In this document: in pieces, positions 48,901 to 56,994 of the stretch
Layout of the letters: each line of letters starts with the position of its first letter
Numbering within the stretch: the first letter of the stretch is position 1
From: Clostridiales bacterium
GTDB lineage: Bacteria > Bacillota > Clostridia > Lachnospirales > JAISER01
Direction of reading: 5' to 3'
DNA: 56,994 bases
Assembly (NCBI GenBank): GCA_031263985.1
Contig: JAISER010000039.1
Span: forward strand, 1-56,994
Program-made: the position numbers and the translations under genes
The notes under the pieces: generated by a model
What the model was told of the DNA's origin: nothing
What the model saw: only the letters and a program-made list of their open reading frames with translations
The model's database searches: none

Positions 48901-51900
48901 ACACATAATATACGGGCAGTTGACGGAGGAAGAAAACGGCGAGGTCGTAGCTGACGCCGAGATGATGGCGAATGTATCCAACTTCGCTAATACTGATAGT
49001 TTCGGTTATTATATCTTGACAGGGTTCGCTGACGGCGGCGACGTGAATATCGAGGCGCGCAAAGCCCCGTTTAAAGTCGTGAAAAAAAGCGTGATGAATA
49101 TAACGGCGGATGAGCGGGTTGACATAGCCTTGCCGCTTGCGATAATGATAACGTTTAAGGGCGTGGACGTTAACGACGGCCAAAACGTTCTTTACAGCGT
49201 GCAGGTTCGCATACCGACGACGCGAAATTATCTTTTTAACCCCGATGAGCTGAATATCGTCGGGACGGCCGGATATGTAAGGACCGATGGCGGCGGCGCC
49301 ATAGAGATTAATCCGGCGACGTTTGAAGACCCCGAAGTGATTATACCGTACAGATATAACAAGGAAATGGTTACCGTTCAGGCTGTGTTTGAAAAATCGG
49401 ACGGATCTTATGACGTTTTGGCGAGTTTCCAAATGGAAGCCGTTATAGGCGGAATGTTTGAATATACGAAAGAATTAACGCATTACAGCGGCTACGAATT
49501 TTCCAGAAGGGATCAGCCGAAGCTTATTTACGCGGACGCCGAGAACGTCTATAATCTGTATTATGTGAAATCGCAGGGCAATATGCGAATTGCGGCGCTT
49601 GACGTTGATGACCCCAGCTATATTATAGGATACAGGGATTACAATGTCGCGCTTCATGAGACGGTCACGGCCGATGACGACTGGTTGGCGCCGCATATAG
49701 GCGACGTTGAGGAATTGCAATATTATGATTTTGAGCCGGGATCGGGACGATTGTTCAAGTTGGACTCTAACGACGATGTTGACGAGTTCGTTTACGACGG
49801 ATATACGATGGACTATGGACTGTCATTTAATTTTAAGAGAAGAACCGAAGATATATCGATCAAGCTTTTGGACGACGAAACCGGCGATGACATTAAAAAG
49901 ACGGTTATTCCGGACGTGACGGTTCAGGCCGGCAGATCAACGGTAATAAACGCGGTCGATTACGCGTCGTATGTCAGCGACGGGTATACGCTCGTGGGAG
50001 AAAGCTCCAAGATCGTTAATTCCAATTTGACCGGGCCTTACGAAGTGAGCTTTTATTACAGAAAAACGCCCGGTTCCGTTACCGTTAATCTTGTGGAAAA
50101 AGATACGAGCGACATTATTCAGACGATTTATTATCCCGCTACGACCGACTCGCAGAGTATAGCGGCTCCGACCGTCGCGGGATGGACGCATGACCCGTCT
50201 GACGCCGCGTCCAAAAACGCCGTCGCGGGCGAAACGGTTCAATTTGTTTATACGCGTTCGGTTGCGACCGTTAATATCGCCGGCGTGTACGCCGCGGATG
50301 GTTCGCCCGTGCCGCAGGCGTCGTTAAGTCCGAACAGCGTTACGTTCGCCTCGGGGCTTTCCGGCGTAATTTACGCGCCGCATTTGCAAGGCTATGACCC
50401 GGTGGCGTACTCTACGGACGGCGGCGCTACGTGGACTGACGGAACTACGGCGTCGTTCACCGCGGCGGAAGTCGCGGCGCTTACGACGGTTACTTTTAAA
50501 TACGCGCGCTACAACACGGTTAAATTGAACGTTAAATATGTAGATGACAGCGATTCCAAAGAGATATATTCTTATACGATGGATTTCCCGGCGGATTACG
50601 GCTTGTACTCCATTCAGGCGAAGCCGATGCATCGTTACTCGCTGATAGGCGCCCCGTCGAGGGACGTGACTATAACGAATTCCGACGTTACGGCGGAGTT
50701 TAGGTTTAAGTCGCTGAAAACGCGCGTGGAGATAAAGGCCGAAGACGGATCGGGCGCTCCCGTGCCCGGTTTTACGCCTTATTATGAGACGGCTTATGTG
50801 AACGAGCCGTTTACGCTTAACGCGCCTTATATTTCCTATTGGACGGCCGACGACGTTTCGCTTACTATACCTTCCGTAAGCGAGAACGATGAGATGAAGT
50901 TCGTTTATACGCGGGAAACGGGCAATTACACGCTGTTCCACGTCGAATCTTCCGACGACCCGAACTATGACGGAAGAATACTGGCTACGACTAATTTAAA
51001 CGCTTGGCCGCCCGCGCAATATGAGATTGACATTCCGTATTATGAAGCGTCGGCGCAGCAGCCGGATATAGGCGACGGGCAAGTCAGCGGCTCTTCACGC
51101 GTGGAAAGAAACGTATATTATACGAGGCTTACGTCGCAAGTCGCCGTTAACTATCAGAACGGGTTGGGAGAGCCTATAGCGGCGTCTGACGATTATACCT
51201 TTAGAATGGGCGAAAGCGCGGTTGTGTTCGCTAAGCCGATATCGGGCTACAGGGTAACGAATCCCGCCGTCGGAGCGGTTGTAACGATTCCCGAAAACCC
51301 GAACGAGACGATTACGTTCACCTATGGCGCCATTGACGATGGAGTGATAGAAATTTACTCGGTGGACGCCGTCAGCGGCAAGACGCTGCAATATAATTCC
51401 ATGACGGTCGCTCCGGGCGGTTCAGCCGTCGTGACGGCGCCGAAAATATACGGCTACAGATTGCAAGATCCGGCGAGTTCGCCCGTAAACGCCGCGGGCG
51501 GCGACGCGGTTATGTTCGCTTACGTGGAGGATTACGCCTCCGTAACGATAAACGTCGTTGACGAGAACGGAAACGACATAATGCCGCCGATCGCTCGCAA
51601 AGCGCCTATAGGTCTTCCTTACACGGCCTACGCGCCGAATGTAAAAGGCTACGCGCTCGCCGATTTTTCGAAAGGCTCGCGTTATTTCTCAAGCGTGCAA
51701 GGCGGAGAGGAATGTACGTTCACGTACCGTCCGCTGGATGACCCGCTGCTTTGGGTCGATGTAAATATAACGGGCGTTGACCAGGACAGTTCGGCGACGC
51801 TCTACGCGTACACGGTAAAACGTCCGGCGGATTCGGGCGCTTATACGGTTCACGCGTTTAATCAGGCCGGGTATGATATAGTCGGCGACGATTTTAAAAC

Positions 51901-54900
51901 CGTGGCGATAGGCGCCGGGGGGACGTATATTGATGTCGAGTTCGCCTATTCGTCGCTGTCGTCAACTGTGACGATACGCGCCGAAGACGGGACGGGCGCG
52001 CCGATAGCGGACTTCGCGCCGATAACGGTCGCGGCGACGCGCGGCCAGCCGTTCAGCTACAACGCGCCTTATATAGCGGGCTGGCATATAGCCGACGTCA
52101 ACGAAGCCGTTAAAGTCATAACGGTCAACGGCGCTGATGAAGAAATCAAGTTCGTTTACGATAAAAACGCGGGCAATGTGACCGTTTTACTCAAAGAGGC
52201 CGCGGACGGCCGTATAATAGCAAGCGACAGCATAACGGCCAACGAGGGAGATACGGTGAACTATACGGATCTCAGCGCTCTGTTGTATTATACGATTACG
52301 GGCGCGACGAGCAAGACGGTTCATTTAAGCGACCCTGTGATAGAATTTTTCTACGATAAAACGCTGGTGACCGTTGACGTGATAAGCAGAGACGAGGGGC
52401 AAGCCGTAATAACGCGCGGCGGCGATCAATCCGTTTATCCGCAAGCTGGGCTTAGGAAGGGCGAAGTATCATCGTTTTACGCCTATCCTGAGGAAGGATA
52501 CAGGCTGAATGACGATACCGTTAAGAACGCGCTTGTCAACGACGCGCTTGAGGCGTCCGGCTTATCGTTCGCTTACGCGGCGATAGGTTCGGGAGAGATA
52601 GTCGTAGAAGCCGTTGAAGACGATACGAACCATATTTTGCAGCAGACAAGGATAGCCTCCATGACGACGCTTTCAGTTCAGGCGCCGAATATAGCCGGAT
52701 ATATCCTTCAGGGCGCGCGCTCGCAATCCGTGTCGCCCGGAGGCAAGGCTACGTTCAGGTATATCAAAAACGCCGTAAATATAAGCGTCAAACTGCTGGA
52801 TGAGGACACGGGGCTTGAAATACCCGCGATCGCCGGGACTTCGGCGTTCGCGCGAGCCGCCAGAGGAACGAGCTTTACCGTTTACGCCCCGCACGCGCCG
52901 GGCTATATGCTGACGTCTCAGCCGTCGATAACGTTCCCGAACGTTACGGACGGCCTGGAGGCTGTGTTTTACTATGCTTCCTTGCAAAGCGTCATCGATA
53001 AAAACGTTGTCAACATAACGGTGAACGGTTTAAGCGACGGCGGTCAGAAACTTTACAGCTACAATATGCGCAGAGACAGGGCGGCGGGTTCCGTAGAGGT
53101 CTCAGCGTTCGATTTGCAGGGATACGCGCTGATTACGGCTTCGCCGGCTGTAATCGCTATAGGTGACGAATCGGACTTGAGCTATACGTTCGAATATCGT
53201 TCGCTCGCCGCGGAAGTCGTCATAAGGACGGTTGACGGCGCGGACGCGGAAATATCCCGGGAATTTGCGGTTTCGGCGACGGAAGGCCAGCCGTTTTCAT
53301 ATTCGGCGCCTTATGTGCCGGGCTGGGATATAAACGACGACGTTTACAAAACGATAGCGTCGGTGGACATGTCCGTTGACGCCGGGCATATAATAACGTT
53401 CCGATATAATCAGGCGACGGGCAACGTATTCGCCGTATGGAAGGAAAATGACGCTAACGGAAGAATAATCGGAAGCGAAAGCTTCTCTATAACGGAAACT
53501 TCTGACGCCGCGGCCAGGACATTTAGTCCGAAGGATTTGTCAGGGGCTTATTACACGCCTATAAGCGGCTCGAAGACTGTTAATTATTCGCCGGATACGC
53601 AGACGATAGAGTTCTACTACAGCAAAATGACGACGTCGGTATCGGTGAAATATATGAAAGGCGCGGAGACGCTTGACGCCGGTTCGGTCGGTAACCTTCG
53701 CGTTGGTGAGACGGCTGTGTTCGCCGCGAAGTCTTTCGACAATCTCTATGTCGTCGGAGACGCCGTGAAATCGGTCTTGGTAACCGCTTTGGGCAGCCAG
53801 GAAGTTATATTTAACTACGCGGACATACCGGCTGACGCCATTATCGTTGAAGCCGTAGATTACGCGTCCGCGGAGTTGCTTAGCTCTTCCGTCGTCAGAG
53901 CGGCGACAGGTTCGTCCGTTACTATAAACGCGCCTGAAATCGTGGGTTATAAGCTTATAAGCGAGCCGTCCAAAACGGTTGTCGCGCCGGGGAAAGCGCG
54001 GTTTGACTTCGCAGAGGACAATGTGACGGTTACTCTCGTGCTGAAAGACGACTTGGGCGGACTTTTACCCATACCGTACGGGACGGAGCGGGTGACCAAG
54101 GTTCCGCGAGGAACGAATTACGTCGCTTACGCGCCGCACGCGCCGGGCTACGCGCTGGCTGACGGCGAAAAGGCGAGTCAGACGTTTATGTCTGTTCAGA
54201 CGAACAAATTCGCTGAGTTTACGTACGTTCCCGTTTCGAACGTAATTGATCAGTACGCCGCCGTCGTAACCATAATAGGCGTGGATGAGGACGCGCCGGG
54301 AGAAGAGCTGTACAGCTATACCGTCAAGAAGCAAAAAACCGTCGCGCCGCTTGAAGTGTCGGCGTTCGAGCTGCCGGGCTACGAGCTTATCGACCCGGCG
54401 TCTTCGCCCGCGTATGTCGATATATCAGTCGCTTCCGAAGCGGAGCATAGGTTTACGTACAGATCGCTCGCGACGGAAGTTAGTATACGCGCCGAAGAAT
54501 ATGGGACAGGAGGGCAGCTTGTACCGGGATTCAGGCCGGTTACGGCTCCGGCTGTAAAAGGCTCTCCGTTTGGCCATTCCGCGCCATATATAGAGGGTTG
54601 GAGCGTCGTCTCCGCGTCTGAAACGTATAAGACGATAGACTCCGTATTGGGCGGAGAGGTAATGACGTTCGTTTATACCCAAAATACGGGCAATGTAACC
54701 GTGTTGTGGAAGGAAAACGACGCGAATGGCAAGATAATAGGTTCGCGCTCGGAAACTGTCGGCGCCGGCGGCGCGACTATAAACGCGGATGATCTCAGCG
54801 GCGTTAATTATACGCCTGTCGGTCCGAACCAGATAAATGTCGCGTATTCCGCCCAGCCTCAGACAGTGGAGTTTTATTACGCTAAAAACGTGAAGAGCGT

Positions 54901-56994
54901 ACAGGTTAAATACGTTGAAGATTATGGTGATTCGGAGATCATGCCGCCTACCGACTATTCGTCGCTTCGCGTCGGCGAGCCTTTTACGTTTAACGCGCTG
55001 TACGTTTCGAATATGATTGTAAAAGGCGCCGTTTCCGTAACGAAAATAGTTACGGCCGCGCTTGATGAAGTCGTGTTCAGATATAAGCCGATTCCGGAGA
55101 ACGTCATCGTTGTGGAATCGGTGGACGAATATGGATCGCTGATACAAAGATCGACAGTTACGGCGTCGAATGGCGTCACTATGTCTATAACCGCGCCGGC
55201 TATACCGGGTTACGCGTTGACGAGCGCAAGCCGTCAGACCGTGACGGCGCCGGGTAAAGCGACGTTTGAATTCCGCGAGGACAGCGTTAACGTCACGTTA
55301 AGCGCGGTAACGGCGCAAGGAACGCCGATACCGCTGCCTTCCGGCGTACAGGGCGTGACGAAGGCCGCGCGCGGTTCAATGCATACGGTTTACGCGCCTC
55401 ATATACCGGGGTATGTCCTTATGTCCGTCACTCAGAGCGTGACGTTCCGCGCGACCGCCGCTAGAACGGTTGAGTTCGAGTACGCCAGGGTTCAGGAAGC
55501 GCTCGAAGGATATTTAGTCAATATAACCGTAGAGGGGCTTGACGCTAGCGGTAACGAGCTTTATTCCTATTCGTTCACAAGCGTGAAAGATACCGGCGAT
55601 ATAACGGTGAACGCTATGCCGCTTCCTAATTATGAACTTACGTCGGCGGCGTCTCAAAGCGTTCCGACTACGGGCGATTCAATCGTGACGTTCAATTACG
55701 CCTCGCTTGCGACCGTTGTGACGATAGAAGCGGTTGACGATTTAGGAACGGCTATATCCGGCTTCACGCCTATAGTCGCTCCGGCGGTGAAAGGTCAGCC
55801 GTTCAGCTATGCCGCGCCTTATATAAACGGCTGGAATTTGATTGACAAGAATAATTTTGTGAAGACGATAAACTCAGTGGATCCGTCTGCGGACGCCGGG
55901 CATATAATGACGTTCGCATATGGGAAGTCAATAGGAAACGTAACCGTCGTTTTGAAAGAAGACGATACGAACGGAGCCATTATAGCCGTAAGAAACGAAG
56001 AAGCGGATATCAATGGGCTTGAGATTTTGCCTGAGGATCTTTCTTCGCTCTATTACACGCTTATAGGTCCCGTGAAGCATGATGTGGCGTACTCCGACCA
56101 GTCGCAGACCGTGGAATTCTATTATGAAAAAGAAGTGACGAACGTGACGGTGGAACACCGTGACAGTTCCGGAGGAGCGCTTCTTCAATCCGAAACTATA
56201 AATGACGTGAGACTTGGCGAAACGTATACGTTCAATTCCGTCGCGATAGCGGGCAAGACCGTGATGGGGGCGGCTTCGCGCGCTATAACGGTTGACAGGA
56301 TGACGTCGCCTGTAGTGTTCTCTTATGTGGGCGTTTTAGCGGGCGTCATATCGGTGGACGCTCAGGATGAGCTAGGGAATGTGTTGAGAAGCTTTACGAT
56401 ATATTCCGTGCCCGGAACGGATATGACCGTAGCCGCGCCGGCGATTCTGGGATATAAGCTTACTGCGGGCGAACAGGCGTCGAAGGCGGTTCAATCGCCG
56501 GGAACGGTCAGCTTCATTTATGAGAAAGATGAAGTGAGGATAACGGCGGAGCTGAAAGACTCGAACGGTCAGTCGTTAACGCCTCCGGCGGGTTATCAGC
56601 CGTTGATTCAGGTTCCGCGCGGCGTTTCGAGCGTAATATACGCGCCGCATTTGTCGGGCTATTTGATAAGCGGGAACAGTTCCGCGACAGTTGACGGCGA
56701 CGCGGACGAGACTGTGACGTTTAGTTATATTTCCGTTCAAGAAGCGGTCAACGAGTACGTGACGCAGATTACGGTGCGCGGCGCGGACGAGACGGGCAAG
56801 ACGCTGTACTCGTACTCGTTCACGAAGCCGAGAAACGGCGAAAACGCCAAAGTTACGGCGTTCGCGCTGTCGGGCTACCGGCTGACGACTCCGTCGCCGG
56901 CGGTGGTCGACGCCGCGAACAAGGCGGTCGCCGAGCACACGTTCCAATACGAGTCGCTGGAGACGACCGTCACGATCAACGCGGTCGAGACGGG
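45905..56994 (+). CDS. Giant secreted repeat (adhesin-like) protein, partial (>3,690 aa): signal peptide, N-terminal globular domain, 6 carboxypeptidase-regulatory-like repeats, many MucBP-like repeats
   Basis: RBS AAAGAGGTG, ATG at 45905; MLLRDKKSKRLLAFFIAFAMIL...ASA signal peptide. The same frame reads sensibly at every point checked through the last codons (FQYESLETTVTINAVET). It is absent from the ORF track, consistent with no stop inside the window. Confidence 0.9.
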   Translation, partial: MLLRDKKSKRLLAFFIAFAMILSDITFMPKSASAAPEPGFLLTMTNMPKRNGIKAEWNDISASHGGQDFGYRYYQRMLTDGENMEESLKPEWELRSAKYGRPIKVLVISPNNTNVQQWMKNDIPTVDPYNLMNMTTINQTYFDGLVDPASALKDINGKYNYDVVVLGTENRNGGISYSPKNAKTVPAIRDFLQSGRGVLFGHGSFSEYEYVTNLKDDQELDWVYTGTKDHFGDKWMYTALRHYIGVIADGSLKHFAHEGPLTTGKNSYIKIVEPGWLLRFPIKLPLEGVLQVPDTHVNSSMTKGRIWMKFTDDKGNLSNYSEKKETDDSKLEFSDFRSVLYKLEYLHGTSSEKKNFRDLYLIPNNLYGVGDKQVMFDDGEGNGIAEYHSNYFLSTYNNAATIQTGHSDEKATNAERSIVSNTLFYLAQLTFDTNLDDFSAIDYAAPSQPAVTLSDINNGKVIAKISSQDQGTWYEGRVEASGQSNGAQYESNVAREETVSGVRGYYVKVSTSQNYDPYDATKTGDNFVGQADGVNYVESQVDESVAANSYMHVRAIDWSGNLSPVYSVKLSDIIYSVNVTVLDDDNDAPIPGAIVRMLEKTLYTEQNGTARMTADKTGSYVVMAAASGYAPNSASVVLSGNSASLTIRLSKTPYGFIWGCVRDTTGQPIAGVEVSLPGVGLTGETDGAGYYYISNAPTPATYTILASKSGYNGGYATGLTLESQGYKRRDFTLTEQTGSNNAYIVSGKVTDVDSAEALENVRVKVDNAVAFTDSYGWYVTGYHDAGDKVVAAGATGYRDLYVNTAVSIVSSDVRHDLTLKKDQGLGEVEVTVVEKGTTIPIRNVNVFLGYSGPFATGNDGKVTIREIAIGSYTMRAEAGYYNVGYYNATSSLIEFAQGEPPKTATIEMEPGTLGAMYGRVIDNATGAGVDGATVKTMTGQTTVTNAQGYYILPDLEGMKYYSVMASHTDYNTSAARAFLNPSAYTTQNFYINAIDGTPEHIIYGQLTEEENGEVVADAEMMANVSNFANTDSFGYYILTGFADGGDVNIEARKAPFKVVKKSVMNITADERVDIALPLAIMITFKGVDVNDGQNVLYSVQVRIPTTRNYLFNPDELNIVGTAGYVRTDGGGAIEINPATFEDPEVIIPYRYNKEMVTVQAVFEKSDGSYDVLASFQMEAVIGGMFEYTKELTHYSGYEFSRRDQPKLIYADAENVYNLYYVKSQGNMRIAALDVDDPSYIIGYRDYNVALHETVTADDDWLAPHIGDVEELQYYDFEPGSGRLFKLDSNDDVDEFVYDGYTMDYGLSFNFKRRTEDISIKLLDDETGDDIKKTVIPDVTVQAGRSTVINAVDYASYVSDGYTLVGESSKIVNSNLTGPYEVSFYYRKTPGSVTVNLVEKDTSDIIQTIYYPATTDSQSIAAPTVAGWTHDPSDAASKNAVAGETVQFVYTRSVATVNIAGVYAADGSPVPQASLSPNSVTFASGLSGVIYAPHLQGYDPVAYSTDGGATWTDGTTASFTAAEVAALTTVTFKYARYNTVKLNVKYVDDSDSKEIYSYTMDFPADYGLYSIQAKPMHRYSLIGAPSRDVTITNSDVTAEFRFKSLKTRVEIKAEDGSGAPVPGFTPYYETAYVNEPFTLNAPYISYWTADDVSLTIPSVSENDEMKFVYTRETGNYTLFHVESSDDPNYDGRILATTNLNAWPPAQYEIDIPYYEASAQQPDIGDGQVSGSSRVERNVYYTRLTSQVAVNYQNGLGEPIAASDDYTFRMGESAVVFAKPISGYRVTNPAVGAVVTIPENPNETITFTYGAIDDGVIEIYSVDAVSGKTLQYNSMTVAPGGSAVVTAPKIYGYRLQDPASSPVNAAGGDAVMFAYVEDYASVTINVVDENGNDIMPPIARKAPIGLPYTAYAPNVKGYALADFSKGSRYFSSVQGGEECTFTYRPLDDPLLWVDVNITGVDQDSSATLYAYTVKRPADSGAYTVHAFNQAGYDIVGDDFKTVAIGAGGTYIDVEFAYSSLSSTVTIRAEDGTGAPIADFAPITVAATRGQPFSYNAPYIAGWHIADVNEAVKVITVNGADEEIKFVYDKNAGNVTVLLKEAADGRIIASDSITANEGDTVNYTDLSALLYYTITGATSKTVHLSDPVIEFFYDKTLVTVDVISRDEGQAVITRGGDQSVYPQAGLRKGEVSSFYAYPEEGYRLNDDTVKNALVNDALEASGLSFAYAAIGSGEIVVEAVEDDTNHILQQTRIASMTTLSVQAPNIAGYILQGARSQSVSPGGKATFRYIKNAVNISVKLLDEDTGLEIPAIAGTSAFARAARGTSFTVYAPHAPGYMLTSQPSITFPNVTDGLEAVFYYASLQSVIDKNVVNITVNGLSDGGQKLYSYNMRRDRAAGSVEVSAFDLQGYALITASPAVIAIGDESDLSYTFEYRSLAAEVVIRTVDGADAEISREFAVSATEGQPFSYSAPYVPGWDINDDVYKTIASVDMSVDAGHIITFRYNQATGNVFAVWKENDANGRIIGSESFSITETSDAAARTFSPKDLSGAYYTPISGSKTVNYSPDTQTIEFYYSKMTTSVSVKYMKGAETLDAGSVGNLRVGETAVFAAKSFDNLYVVGDAVKSVLVTALGSQEVIFNYADIPADAIIVEAVDYASAELLSSSVVRAATGSSVTINAPEIVGYKLISEPSKTVVAPGKARFDFAEDNVTVTLVLKDDLGGLLPIPYGTERVTKVPRGTNYVAYAPHAPGYALADGEKASQTFMSVQTNKFAEFTYVPVSNVIDQYAAVVTIIGVDEDAPGEELYSYTVKKQKTVAPLEVSAFELPGYELIDPASSPAYVDISVASEAEHRFTYRSLATEVSIRAEEYGTGGQLVPGFRPVTAPAVKGSPFGHSAPYIEGWSVVSASETYKTIDSVLGGEVMTFVYTQNTGNVTVLWKENDANGKIIGSRSETVGAGGATINADDLSGVNYTPVGPNQINVAYSAQPQTVEFYYAKNVKSVQVKYVEDYGDSEIMPPTDYSSLRVGEPFTFNALYVSNMIVKGAVSVTKIVTAALDEVVFRYKPIPENVIVVESVDEYGSLIQRSTVTASNGVTMSITAPAIPGYALTSASRQTVTAPGKATFEFREDSVNVTLSAVTAQGTPIPLPSGVQGVTKAARGSMHTVYAPHIPGYVLMSVTQSVTFRATAARTVEFEYARVQEALEGYLVNITVEGLDASGNELYSYSFTSVKDTGDITVNAMPLPNYELTSAASQSVPTTGDSIVTFNYASLATVVTIEAVDDLGTAISGFTPIVAPAVKGQPFSYAAPYINGWNLIDKNNFVKTINSVDPSADAGHIMTFAYGKSIGNVTVVLKEDDTNGAIIAVRNEEADINGLEILPEDLSSLYYTLIGPVKHDVAYSDQSQTVEFYYEKEVTNVTVEHRDSSGGALLQSETINDVRLGETYTFNSVAIAGKTVMGAASRAITVDRMTSPVVFSYVGVLAGVISVDAQDELGNVLRSFTIYSVPGTDMTVAAPAILGYKLTAGEQASKAVQSPGTVSFIYEKDEVRITAELKDSNGQSLTPPAGYQPLIQVPRGVSSVIYAPHLSGYLISGNSSATVDGDADETVTFSYISVQEAVNEYVTQITVRGADETGKTLYSYSFTKPRNGENAKVTAFALSGYRLTTPSPAVVDAANKAVAEHTFQYESLETTVTINAVET

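Noticed and set aside
46760-56947. Many minus-strand and alternate-frame ORFs (up to 240 aa) in the ORF track
   Set aside because: All overlap the giant plus-strand gene and show the Arg/Val/Ile-rich composition typical of antisense frames

Overview
A chromosomal window (roughly 50% GC by eye) from a spore-forming Clostridia-type Firmicute, judged from spoIIE, yabP/yabQ/divIC, a DacF-like carboxypeptidase, MecA and class 3 FBPase. It is mostly core genes: bcd-etfB-etfA, spoIIE, a cyclase, cspA, tmcAL, an MBOAT/SGNH pair, rlmD, pepD-relA-MBL-hemZ-hisS-aspS, fbp and valS. Notable items: (1) an in-frame IspD-RNase HI fusion that keeps an internal RBS and ATG; (2) a giant secreted protein missing from the ORF track, starting at 45905 and still open at the window end (>3,690 aa), with a globular N-terminal domain, six carboxypeptidase-regulatory-like repeats and MucBP-like modules in a ~412-419 aa super-repeat; (3) several unannotated small ORFs with strong RBSs, some with sporulation-type promoters, including a 53-aa Gly/Trp/Tyr-rich peptide; (4) about six families of short elements with terminal inverted repeats (MITE-like, mostly TA-flanked), including a nested insertion upstream of spoIIE, plus REP-like tandem arrays; (5) an AT-rich flavodoxin/tam islet with cassette-like flanks and a degenerate glycine-riboswitch-like motif. 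I saw no rRNA, tRNA, CRISPR array or transposase. All family calls come from motif recognition by eye, not from database searches.
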